A program made the position numbers and the translations under genes. From the NCBI RefSeq assembly GCF_964204865.1, contig NC_135255.1, forward strand, positions 6,696,001 to 6,760,000: a DNA stretch of 64,000 nucleotides. Direction: 5' to 3'. Shown one piece after another: positions 13,101-24,212 of the stretch. Below the pieces are notes generated by a model. It worked only from the letters and a program-made list of their open reading frames with translations. It was not told the DNA's origin and did no database searches. Position 1 is the first letter of the stretch, and each line of letters starts with the position of its first letter. This stretch comes from Styela clava (lineage: Eukaryota).

Positions 13101-16100
13101 GTAATCGGATAGCTCGCGGAGCCCCTGGGTATCTTTCGCGGAGCCCTGGGGCTCCGTACGGAGCACTTTGAGAACCTATGGTCTAGAGCAGTGGTTCTCA
13201 ACCGGGGGTCGGGGACCCCCAAGGGGGCCACGAAGCAGTCCCAGGAGTGCCACGACACAAGGCTAGTAATTGATCATAAGGCATAATTTCCTTCTAAAAT
13301 CAAATTTTCTGTTTTGGCGTTCAACGCCTTTTCAATACCTAACTAGGTTATTTGCGATCACTGGGTGTATTCACTTTCTTGTGCGTTCATTGTTTGATCA
13401 TAATGGAATTTGGAATCCACCATAAAAATTAGTTTGCCGGTAGGCTAACCTACAGACGGGAAGTTTCACTAGACTGCGAGATAACTTTCGCTATCGCATT
13501 ATAGAGGCAATATCCCATATGTAATATCATAATGCCTAAAACACGAAAATGGAACGACAATTACGTTGGTCACCTACCAAAGTAACTCGAGATGACAGAG
13601 AATGTGTTCAATGCCTGCATTACTGGTATGTAATGAGCAGTCAATCATTACGTCCACCTATACTCCAAAAGCGAAGTGACAAAAATTATACGCAGGTAGA
13701 AGACTTTGTCACAACCTATTTGTGCGGATCTGTTTTTTTCTGATCTTGTTAGCGCCAAACCCGTCTCAATGACGGTCCCTAGAATTAGGAACCTCGTCAG
13801 ACAATCCAAAGCGCAATATACCCATTGGTTGTATACTAAAAAGCTTGGTCTTTTTTGTCTGTGGTTTGTTTTTGCATTCCATAAAAGGTTGTAAAAACAT
13901 ACAATCCAACACGTTTAGTTTTTAGAATGACGTACAGGGGGGCCACAAGAGCAAAAAGGCGCCGGAAGGGGGCCACGAACCATAAACGGTTGAGAACCAC
14001 TGGTCTAGAGAAATATATATATTTAATAATATATATATTTTGCCCACTAAGCGAAAGTTGTAAATGTAAATATGAAAATGTCAATGCATATCTAATATTT
14101 AACTAAGTTCGTACTTTGATGGCATTTAAACAAATATAATATACCGTACATACAGAAACTATTATTTATAGTACTGTGAATATGATTTTAAAATAATTGT
14201 GCTTACGATAGCACTGAGTAAGCGCATGAATTCAAATTCCAAATGGGGTCAGATATTTGTGACCAATATCATGTAACACCCCAATTACGTCACGTAATGT
14301 TGTTAAAAGTTCAGGAAACGAGAATTTCCAGTTGGCTGATATTTTCACCTGAAAATACGTCATGTTTACCCATGCAGAATGATTCTCGCTCCTTGTGGGG
14401 TAAATAGACTTGCTGATGACACATACCACTCTCTACCATAGTCCATAATCGGCTACTTTTGTGAAGGTAGCGAAAGTAAATCAAACCATTTTAAAGACTC
14501 GAAAATTTCAATGAATCAATGAATAATGTTCGCCCTATTACAGATTTGAATGTTTATAAATATACACGTGAACTAGAAATATTATAAAAATACCAACCAG
14601 AAAATATGCGATCCAGAAGTGTGTGTAGCAATATGAAGATTACTAAATTTGTTCGACTGCTTTACATCAAGCTGTGTACGTACAGTGACTGATTACCATG
14701 GGCAGGGGTGTATTCACTTGGCTAACACAGACAGTCCCAGAACTCGTATTAGAACTAAAATAAGCAAAATCGGAACAAAATTGTGGCCTAACCCTAACCT
14801 GGTACACATGCTACGGGAGTAACGAAAATGTTCTACTTGTGTTTAAAACTATGAATTGAATTTATATTTATCATATATTGACAACTGTTCCACGTTTATC
14901 ATGGGTGATTAGAGTGGGAAATAGAATTTATGCGCAACTGGAGATATTTTGGTTTATCAGTTTTGAAATCCAAAATTGAAGATGCAACTTCGGTCTGAGT
15001 TTAGATAAGCCACAGAATCAGTTCATTACATGTACAATATGTGAATATAAATACAATAAAACATGCCAATTCCTTTTAGTTTACTAATATTATCATACTT
15101 TTATCAAATTTATCCGAATGATGTTTTTACTTGTATACAAGTGACAACTTAATCATTCCTCTTACGTTCAACGTAAAACTGTATAATATTGAAAATATAT
15201 TTTAATGTCGTTTAGTTATCTTTAAATGGAGTTTCAATGGATGTTCATTCACAAATGTTTTACTTTCATTTATACTCTATTTAATAACTGTAGACAAACA
15301 ACAATATTGATTTTAATTTTGGCAATTTGAGTTATGAAAATGCGATTACTTGAAAATGTCTCTCAAATGTCTTTAAACCGTCACTTGTTCAAAAGCTATC
15401 ACATACAACGGGTGGTTTTTGAATGACTGTCGTCAGAAATTTCGTAGGATTATGTGACTGAAAATAGAACATTACATTTTACTTAATACAGGAAGTAAAT
15501 ACGATTATACCAGATGTTGCGCAATAGACTAACTAACTCATATCATATATTTACCGACAGACTGGAATTAATACGTTTTACATAATACGTCATCGATACA
15601 CAATGCTGCTTAAGGGTCACTTCAATAGACTTCGGAAATTTTTTTGCTATTTTAATTTTTTCTGTTTCAATATTTCGAAATTACTTGCCATATTGAAAGA
15701 ATGTTAAGGTTGAAACTGTATTTTGTGGGAATAAACCTTACGCGGGAAACTTTCGCGTAGTCAAGAAATATTTTCAGAAAAAAAGTAAAAATGATGCATT
15801 CATTGGAAATATTGAATATTTTCCCTCAATCGTGCCAATCAAGAATTCATCAATGTGCCGTCCATTTTAGATACTGTCAGTTTAAATTGGTTTTAATAAA
15901 TGCCATAATTAATACCGAGATCAAAATAATATGAAAATTGTTTAAAACTACCAAAGCTGGACATAACACAATAAATGTGTTCCGCGGTTCATATGTGGGA
16001 ACTACCAAATTTTAAAAGATGTCGCGTAGTCAATATTATAAATTGTGAATATGAGTATGCATATTGTTTCTACATCTTCATTCATACTAATGCCAATTCC

Positions 16101-19100
16101 AAGAAAAAATATTCAATATACTATACAGTTTTTGCGAGCGCCTGTAAAACACTGACATGAATATTCTTCGTGTGAATCTCAGCTCTGGTGATTCATTACA
16201 AACTATAAAATTCATTAAAAAGAAAATACAAATTTCAAACATTGTATTACATATATATATCATATGTGATAATTAAATGTGTGTGGTGAATTCACAGCGG
16301 CCACCTGCTGAGGTTGTTTATGGATTTCCTTGAAAAGAAAATTGCTTCGCAAAGTATTTTAATTGCACGAGTTGTTGAAAATGCAAGTCGGGCAAATAAG
16401 ATAATTTATCATTCGTAGTATTAAAAATAATGTGAAATTTACTAATATGAGACATAAATTTAGAACTTTATTCTTGGCCAATCACAATGTGTGTAGACAA
16501 AAAGAAGATATGAGAGTTCATGTTCATTATGGGAATAGGGAAACCATCAAGACGACCTAATCCTATGGTAAAGCATCGTATCTCGAACATAGACAAGATC
16601 AGGTAGAGAAATAGTCAACCCGTTAACAATACTAGTTTATTATGCAGAGACATGGACACGTGATATGGGCTAATAGAAATCATATCATTTGCTATTACAG
16701 TGCCTCATGGGAAGTCACATATCTAGTTAAGGCGCTATCATGCTATTGCGCCACAGCCAATTTTTGTTATCTGATTTACCCCAGGTTAGGTAAGGAGGAT
16801 ATGCTAAGTGGGTCAATAACCTAGTATAACCCATTTACTCGAACCTAAATAAACACAATACGAGAAATCAGATTAGAAAATTAGTTGTGGGCCAATACCA
16901 ATATATTACCCTATTAATTGTTACAATCTTACCAATTATTACATCATAATATGTCGCGGCTAAACTCAATTATATCACTAACTTGAAGTGGTTTATTCAA
17001 GCGACTGTTAGGCACTATATTCGCAGCGTTTATGGTCATTTACACAAGTGGTTATACAATATTGGTTTCCTTACGCCCTATGTTAATAGCAGAACGCAGG
17101 TATCTTCAAAATCAAGTTTCTATTTGCGACAACTACTTTTTGATAAACATATATTGTGTAATAGCTGTATCAATGCCTAAATATAATACAGTATGTTATT
17201 ATTCTATTCTTAGTTATTTTTTAATTTTCGTTGAAATTCACTATTTTGGGGTTATTTCCATTCTGAGAATTCATTTGTCAGCCATTTTCGTGATGTCGCA
17301 TATTTCAGTAAATCCTTTTTTTATTTACTCAGTTATTGACCAAACCGAATGACTCATACGCGAACGATCGAACTATTTACCTTCTCGCGGACGAACACGT
17401 TATTTGATACGAAAGACGTCATAATGGTCACGGCTCGTGAGTTCACTTGCGCTTATCACCTTTTTCGGAATTTTTTCAATGTAGTAAAAAAGGGACATAA
17501 AAGTAACTCGCAAATAAAAGTAATTGTTTCGAATTGAGATAGGTGGAGAAATAGTAAATAGTAATCATCCTTATAGCTACGTTTGATTTTGTTTTGTCCG
17601 TGGCAAATTAGCGTGCCCTGGGTAAACCATTATAATATAAAGTTTTAAATGAAGGTCACCATGAGGATCAAGTTATTTTTTTTTTTTGTAATTTCTTGTC
17701 TTAGCGAAAGTGACGTTACCACGGGGTTATCGAGGTATTTTACTTTTCATATCCATCGAATAAAATGTAAAGCAAAGTTCGGGTTTTCTTTTGGGAACTT
17801 TATACGGTATGTCACCATCCCGCGTCAGGGAATGTACCGGGAAAATGACGACTGTGTCGATACATCTATATCGCTTTAGGGCTATAGTTAGATACTATGT
17901 TTATTATTCTCGTTCATTTTCCGTATAGAAATACCCAAGTATTTAATTTCGAGAATAAAATAAGAATTGCCATTTCATTTGTTTTCCACTCAATTCGACT
18001 CTAAGTCGCGGTGACCCATGAAATGTCACTGATAAAAGGTTTACAATAACCCTAAGATATATTGGAAAATTAAGTCTATCTCAGGGCAAGACTTCAAATC
18101 TAGTGTTTGTATATATGACGTTTTCACTTCAAGTAATGTTCTGTACAATGCGAAGCTAACATAATTATGTATGTTAATTCGTTTCGGAGTGGTAATACAC
18201 ATATATATATATATATACGAGATGGCGATCGGAGATCGCCGACCTATCGATCTTACGAAAAAAATAGTAATTAATTAATTAATAACTCGCTAATTATACG
18301 ACATAATTCATCCAATCGATAGGCTTCTAGTCCGAGATATGATGAATATTTGGAGCAGATTCAACCTCGCTTTCGTGAGATATCGTGTAACATACGAAAA
18401 TGTCTAACAAACAGACAGACAGACAAATACCTATCAACATGCTTACCGATCAAGATCGATAAGTGATGAGCTGACAATAATGCTGGGGACGGGATGCATG
18501 CACAAGATCATACTCTAGTCTAATTACGCTTTAATTATCCGGGCATTAGGTCATAGCGCCATATTTTTAGTGCTCGAGTGGATAGCGTTTTTGAAAATTT
18601 GGGCTCTTACTGTGCTGCAGTACATTACTAAATACTGGGCACACAATTTCACCACGCCATCGTCATGTATTGACATTTTCCTTCAATATGTATTTATCCC
18701 GTCACCCACGTATTAATCACGAACGAACCAGAGTACAGAGTTCAAAACTAGAACTTTGTTCTCAGCAATTGTTCAATCCGCCAAGGAATAACAATATAGT
18801 TAATCTCTGAAAAATATCGGTGTCGGTAACCAAAATTTTAACGCTAATCAATTTTTTAAACCTATGCTCTTTTTCATGCTTAAGCAAAATCATTATTAGA
18901 ACCATCCTTAGATTGGAATCAAATTCAGTAATTGAGAAAGTTGGTTAAATTTACTTATGTTTTCAACAGTATGCTTAAATAAATTGACATTGGCCACGAA
19001 GGAAGACTAACACAGCATAGACAAACATTACCAATTGTTTGTTGAATAGTTTAAAATGAGAATTGTAAAGTATTGTAATCTTTTTCACCACGGTGCACAC

Positions 19101-21236
19101 AATATTAATAACTCTGCTCAAACTTGAGACGAAAATGGGTTTATTTTATCATTGATTCTGTCACACACGCAAACATTTCATGTTAATATTCAGCGGTTCC
19201 TGACTGAAAAGAGATCATAGAGGCATAAATTTAACCATTCCCAAACGCTCCAGACATTGAAGGTTTTTTTACATTACAAAATTTCAAAATATTTGCGTCT
19301 TCCATTGTTCAACATAGCAAAAATAGGAAATTTTGATCCGATTAAAGAGCATCAATATCAGAAATCTGAAGCCCTGTACCCTGTGTACAATATCAGTCTG
19401 TGATGATATCAGAATAGCCAAGATGTGTAGATGTGGTCGGAGAAATAATATATGAACAAATAAGTGGTTACGTGAATTACAAAATATAGCTATTTTTTTC
19501 AATGCGAAATTTCTAGCTCAACATACAAATTTTCGATTTTTATTACTTTTGGGGGGGTTATCGAGGCCGAGGGTATCTTGACGAGTGTGTGTCTAATTAT
19601 TAAAACAACCTTTTATTTATTCTATTACCCCCTAGTCATTCAATTGACCGTTGTGTTGTAATTAAATTCTGTGAAAGAGTCAATCTCTAAACATTTTCGA
19701 TTCTTTTCCAGGCTTTGGACTTCCCGCGCCATAGTGAAGAGGTTAATTTCCGAGTGTTTTGTATCCTGGCGGCTCTCAGTGAAAGCGCAGTGTCAATCCA
19801 GCCTTTGGTAAAGAGATTGGTGAAGACCAGAGACGCCAGGGCTCTTAATGTTAAGATGGATAAATGCAAGGCAAGTATCTTTGTTTGTATTATAGTTATT
19901 ATCAATATTGTCTGAAGAATAACAAAGGTAATTTAGACCCAATTAGAAAACGTTTTGTGAACAGTCAAACATGAACATAGATGGATCGCGCCGACGAGGC
20001 GCGGTTCATCTTTGTTCCATGTTTGACAAAGAGCACTTTCTCATATAATACATATAACCCATGCTTGATTGAACATATTACTATATACACAAGCTTTGAC
20101 TTTAGGCTTGCTTATGTCATCATCACCCTTTCTTGTTTCCGTCAGGAAATTTACGGCTTTCTACTTGGCACAAGTCTGGATAATTTACAATCAGAATTGC
20201 GTTCCAGCAGCTTCTCGTCTGCTCAATATCACCAGGTAACTGAGGATTAATATAACGTTGAATAATATTTAAGTTTTTCTTCGTTCGACGCCTTTTTGAC
20301 GTCTGAACCAAATGGGTTGATTATGAAAACAAGAGAGCAATGCTCAAAACATATGGACACGAAAGCCAGAACAAAGGAGTATCCACAGATAATTTTGAAA
20401 TAAATAAAAGTAATAGCTTTCTAGCCACAACAACAAGCTTTCACCACTGAAAATTCCAATGCCAAATGCATTCAGTAGTTGGAGAGTGAAGTTGAAATAT
20501 TTTCATACCTACAACATAATAACAAGACGACCCAAAGTCCCACTTTGTGTTCCATAACAGTTAATTTATAATCACTATCATATGGTGTAGTCTATCGGGC
20601 AAGTCGTTGCACCTATGTTGGCGTCTCAAGCCAATTATGTTAGGCTGAACCCTAATGCCAAACACTTTCCACCGACTGTGGGAAGTTGAGTAGGCAATGC
20701 AAACCGCAAAAATCCTCAGCCTTCAATGCTTTTGCAAAGCCTTGTACAGGGCGGAGGAATGGAAACGCCCCATAGAAAGTAAAAAAAATGCCAAGTTAGT
20801 TTACTCGCATACGAGATTTCGAAAATCCATTGTGAAAATCTGTGTTGCCAATCTTTAGAGTGATGCCCACAAACGACACAAAATACCAGAAACGTACTCT
20901 TTATATTATGTTCTTTAGAGTTCACGTTCGTCTATTATTTTTGCAGACACTTCATGGCCACTTAGTCGTAAACACTTGGTCTTTGGTTCAATAAGTTCAA
21001 CTTCAAACGACTATAATCATTCCAACTCGACATTGTCTGCTTTATATATAACTATCATGTAAAAGCTTTCAATAACCTTATTACATTTTATTTTTTAAAT
21101 TTGCTGGTCTCAATTTCAGGTTCTGAAGAAGCTTACGAGAGACGAAGGAAAACTATCTTTTCTTGACTTCGTAACTTATGTTCCTTTATTTTTGGACATT
21201 CACCAGAAAATAGTAGCAAGTCCTCTGCGTGGTTGA
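1124..21236 (+). CDS. Uncharacterised multi-exon protein (>=637 aa, 5' end not found) with low-complexity/coiled-coil N-terminal part and C-terminal degenerate EF-hand-like motifs
   Basis: Phase-compatible exons with AG acceptors: 1124-1466, 2141-2224, 2734-2786, 3636-3734, 4488-4630, 4810-4923, 5472-5819, 6400-6549, 7210-7316, 8624-8731, 19712-19870 (GC donor), 20146-20235, 21120-21236 (TGA). The joined frame is open and ends ...EEVNFRVFCILAALSE...KLTRDEGKLSFLDFVTYVPLFLDIHQKIVASPLRG*. The first exon found starts in phase 2, so an upstream exon is missing. AATAAA at 21241 and 21689. EF-hand call rests on motif resemblance only. Confidence 0.8.
3182..3291. mobile_element. MITE, ~110 bp, long TIRs, 8-bp TSD
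   Basis: TIR CTCCT(T)GAGTATGCGCACCAAGAT / ATCTTGGTGCGCATACTTCAGGAG; flanked by GTATTTTT on both sides (3174-3181, 3292-3299); internal GGTTAGGGTT. Confidence 0.85.
4226..4480 (+). repeat. Dispersed repeat with (TTG)n microsatellite
   Basis: GTACATATTGATCGTTTTG.T.AA..TGTTGTTGTT...TTGCTCACTT recurs at ~4968-5150 and ~10050-10335, and inverted at ~20330-20540 and ~46430-46600. Confidence 0.6.
5848..5957. mobile_element. MITE, second copy of the 3182-3291 family, 8-bp TSD
   Basis: Near-identical to 3182-3291; TSD TATCATTT at 5840-5847 and 5958-5965. Confidence 0.85.
8020..8325 (+). mobile_element. Old, probably full-length SINE copy (possible tRNA-derived head)
   Basis: The 3' part (CCGTGATCTAAATATGGTTGAACAGTCTCATCGGTTTTCATTCCC) resembles the SINE tail family; the 5' part has weak A/B-box-like motifs. 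Confidence 0.35.
10050..10335 (+). repeat. Copy of the (TTG)n-containing dispersed repeat
   Basis: AAGTACATATTGATCGTTTTGCTGAATATGTTGTTGTT ... CATATATTTGAGCATTGCTCACTTTTT. Confidence 0.6.
11393..11500 (+). mobile_element. Fragment of the 62863 MITE family
   Basis: Shares TTATTTTAGTTCTATTACGAGTT..GGGACT..TAGCCAAGTGA with 62930-62972; an inverted copy lies at 14697-14823. Confidence 0.6.
11712..13180. mobile_element. Non-autonomous hAT (Charlie/Buster-like) DNA transposon
   Basis: Ends CAGGGGTTCTCAAA ... TTTGAGAACCTATG; subterminal GCGGAGCCC repeats at both ends; 8-bp TSD GTCTAGAG at 11704-11711 and 13181-13188; no transposase ORF. Confidence 0.9.
13189..14002. mobile_element. Second non-autonomous hAT element, directly abutting the first
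   Basis: Perfect TIR CAGTGGTTCTCAACC / GGTTGAGAACCACTG; subterminal GGGGCCAC repeats; TSD GTCTAGAG at 13181-13188 and 14003-14010. Confidence 0.9.
14697..14823 (-). mobile_element. Fragment of the 62863 MITE family, inverted relative to 11393-11500
   Basis: Reverse-complement match to 11393-11500; contains CCTAACCCTAACCTGGTACACA. Confidence 0.6.
18217..18464 (-). mobile_element. DINE-1/HINE-like non-autonomous Helentron derivative
   Basis: Clear homolog of 43089-43362; subterminal inverted repeats (ACTTATCGATCTT-like), terminal hairpin and (GTCT)n microsatellite on the minus strand. Confidence 0.6.
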
Positions 21237-22353
21237 GATAAATAAAAAAAAATTTAGTAGCACATATGGAAGGTTTTGAGCACTAGCAAAAAAAATTTAA
21301 CACACGTCACAGCAATCATGTGAATTCGCTGATTGAATGATGCTCGGATCTTATGAGTTTTTGTAACGCTATGATTGCTTTCGAGCATATACCGACCCCA
21401 ACCCAAAAGAAGAGCCAACCTCCGACTTCTCTATCAGTTCATGACCATCGAAATCTCTCTTTATCTTTGTTTATCGTTGGTAATCGCTTGTTATTTGACG
21501 CTGTATTGCACTAGTGAAAAATCTTTAAATAATTGTTAAAAATATTGTCTTGTATTTTTACCATGCACTTTTGTTTGTCATTTAAATCTTGAAAGCCATA
21601 AAATATGCACTGCTTAATTGTGAAGCACATCATCATAGATTTTTTTTTATTGTTGCAGATAATTGTATATATGTATATCATTATTTTTAATAAAATTGCA
21701 CTTAGTATTGAGGTTTGTTGTCATGCAGTAACGACTTTATTATTATTATTATATTATGGGAGGGCATTGATGCCAATGGTATCAAATAAGTCATTATCTA
21801 TTTTATGAATAATAATAACATTGATAATATTTTTCGTTAAAATTTCCCACTTATGTTAGGTCATTTTGTAATTTCAGTTTATTGTAAATTTACATTTGGA
21901 CGTATGTTATGAAAATATGTCACGCTATCACTTTTCCCAGACTTTTCATGCACAATCAAAAATCACTCCATTAGTGCCGTGTGGGTTCTCTCTCAACACT
22001 TGGTGACATAAATTGTTAGAGATAACTGTGTAAGAGAGAGAGAGAGAGAAAGCAAACGAGTGCAAATAGACGTTACTTATTGTGCAGGCCCATTCTTTTG
22101 CTTTGAAAAAAAAAAGCATTGTAATTAAAACTCTGCGACCTGGTACAGGTGGCCTATAAGGCACAAAATATTCGACTTTTAATGTCGAATGAACATTTAT
22201 CTCAGTTCAAAGTTAATTGGTTGATCGAAAGCAAACGTTGCACATCTTTGGTCCTCAAGATCTATAGATCTTACAAATTTGGTTCGATTGTTCTTACATC
22301 CGCTTGTCGGTCAGGATTTTATGCCTCTGAAACGATTAATTCCCAATTTATTG

Positions 22354-22448
22354 CCATAACCAACATGGACTGGTAGCCAAACCAAAGGACGTGGTTCGCC
22401 CTATAATGAAATCGTCTTATCGGCTTTCTTATACCCTGAGATAAATAT
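22354..22448 (+). mobile_element. SINE-like repeat 3' fragment
   Basis: CATAACCAACATGGACTGGTAGCC...GTGGTTCGCC...TCGTCTTATCGGCTTTC...GATAAATAT, same family as 61225-61332. Confidence 0.6.
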
Positions 22449-24061
22449 TACCTTTTCTTTTCTGCATGTATAAAATGTAAATGTTCATAAATTAGCTGAA
22501 AGCACAAATTATTCTTAACATATGCTGTACATACAGGACACATTCATGAGCAAATCTGAATTGCCCAGTGAAGTTACGCCCTAGATATACCAATACAAAC
22601 CCCGACTTTATAAAGTATATATATATATATATATATAATATATGAAAACACATAAAACGCTATATATCACGCGTATCAAAATTTCTGACACGCCAAGTTG
22701 CAACTTAAAACTACAAAACAGCTATTTTCGCAATAACATTTTGCAGAAAAATAAGCCCTTGGCGTTCGTTCGTATAATGATATCCAAAGTACACATTCGA
22801 CATGGAAGATTTAACCAGAAAGTTATTTACGATGCCTTGCGCGCTGCAAAAGTGTTTGCTTAGCAAATAAGTGCTGGTTTGCGTAAAGGAAACGGGGTTG
22901 ACGAAAGGGTAAACAATAAGTGCCGAGTTCAAACCTTTTCAAATCAATATTTATCGGGCGCGAATATGATGCAGTAGCACAGAACCTGAACTTGTTTTTG
23001 TTTTGAATGATAAATAACCTTTTATTATCAATATTTTAATTTTTTGTCGATGTAGCTTGGGATGCTGTGGTTAGCTATATTGTAATATCAAATTATTTGG
23101 CCGCCACTCGGATTATATATGAGAGATTGAAATGAATTCTGAATTTAAATATTTTCATCTTTTTCAAAATATTGATATGAAGAGTCCAATCAAAAAAAAA
23201 TTGAAAGTCGCTGTAGTTTTCTGGGCATGGTATAAATTTCCATTCACGCCACGGTTCTAAATATAGTGGTATGAAAAAATGACAAACGTACTTTTTATGG
23301 AGTCATGAGTGTGTGTATTGGGTTAAAAATACGACGCTTCTTCCATTGAAGTGATTTCATCGTGGATAAGTGGAATAGTTAGAATTTTGAAATTTGATCG
23401 TTTGAATATTTTCGAAAACGAAACTTTTCTGAGAATTCGAGTCAGCAAAAACTTCGATTCGGTAAATAGGTTATTGCGTGATTGAATACTCTTTAGCAAA
23501 AACAGCCTTAGGACCACGAAAAAAATTTCTGTGGCCAAAGTCACTTTTGATAACTGTAATTAACACATGATTCAGTCGAAAATTCTCAGTGGCGACTTTT
23601 TCTGAATATGATGATGACACGATCTGTGGGAATCTGGCTCTTTTGCGAAGTATCGCCACTTTAATAATTCGTGGAATAGTAAGTGGTCATCGATATAAGA
23701 CCGTAACACAATATATGAGTAAGACACGATAAACAAACAAAAATATATTGTTGCTTGGATGACCAAACGATCAAACACCCACCAGGCGATGACGCTCAGC
23801 AAGATGTTGTTTTGCACCCACGCGTCTCCATGTGTGCCAATCGTGATCATCAACATGCATTTGGTATGTTGCCCTTTTGGGTACCGCCCATAATTACACC
23901 GCCAATAATTTATTGCTCTGTTTTTCTCTAATCTTATATGAGATTACTTATCCTAACAGAGTAAAAGAAAACCAACCAGAATTGGGTCAAAACAGGATAG
24001 TGCTGAATTTTGTTGTAGTGTCTCATGCTGATATGTGTATTATTCCATGGTTTTATACACC

Positions 24062-24212
24062 ATGCGGTCAAGCAAACTTCTTCGACTGCTTGATAGCGTT
24101 AAGCAATTCGCCTTCTCACTCATGTAAGGCTTTGGGAAAGCGTTCGGCAATACCGCTTTGTCGATATTTGTTTTTGGTGGATGAGGAATTCGACTTCGTC
24201 GGTCAACCATAG
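24062..24212 (-). pseudogene. Possible decayed LINE ORF2 linker fragment
   Basis: Minus-strand frames give WLTDEVEFLIHQKQISTKRY and, after a frameshift, ELLNAIKQSKK. This resembles the PW.T..I...I..K...YK.Y linker between endonuclease and RT of CR1/L2 LINEs. Weak. Confidence 0.25.

Noticed and set aside
11712-14002. Autonomous transposase gene
   Set aside because: Only short ORFs without DDE or zinc-finger motifs; both elements are non-autonomous.
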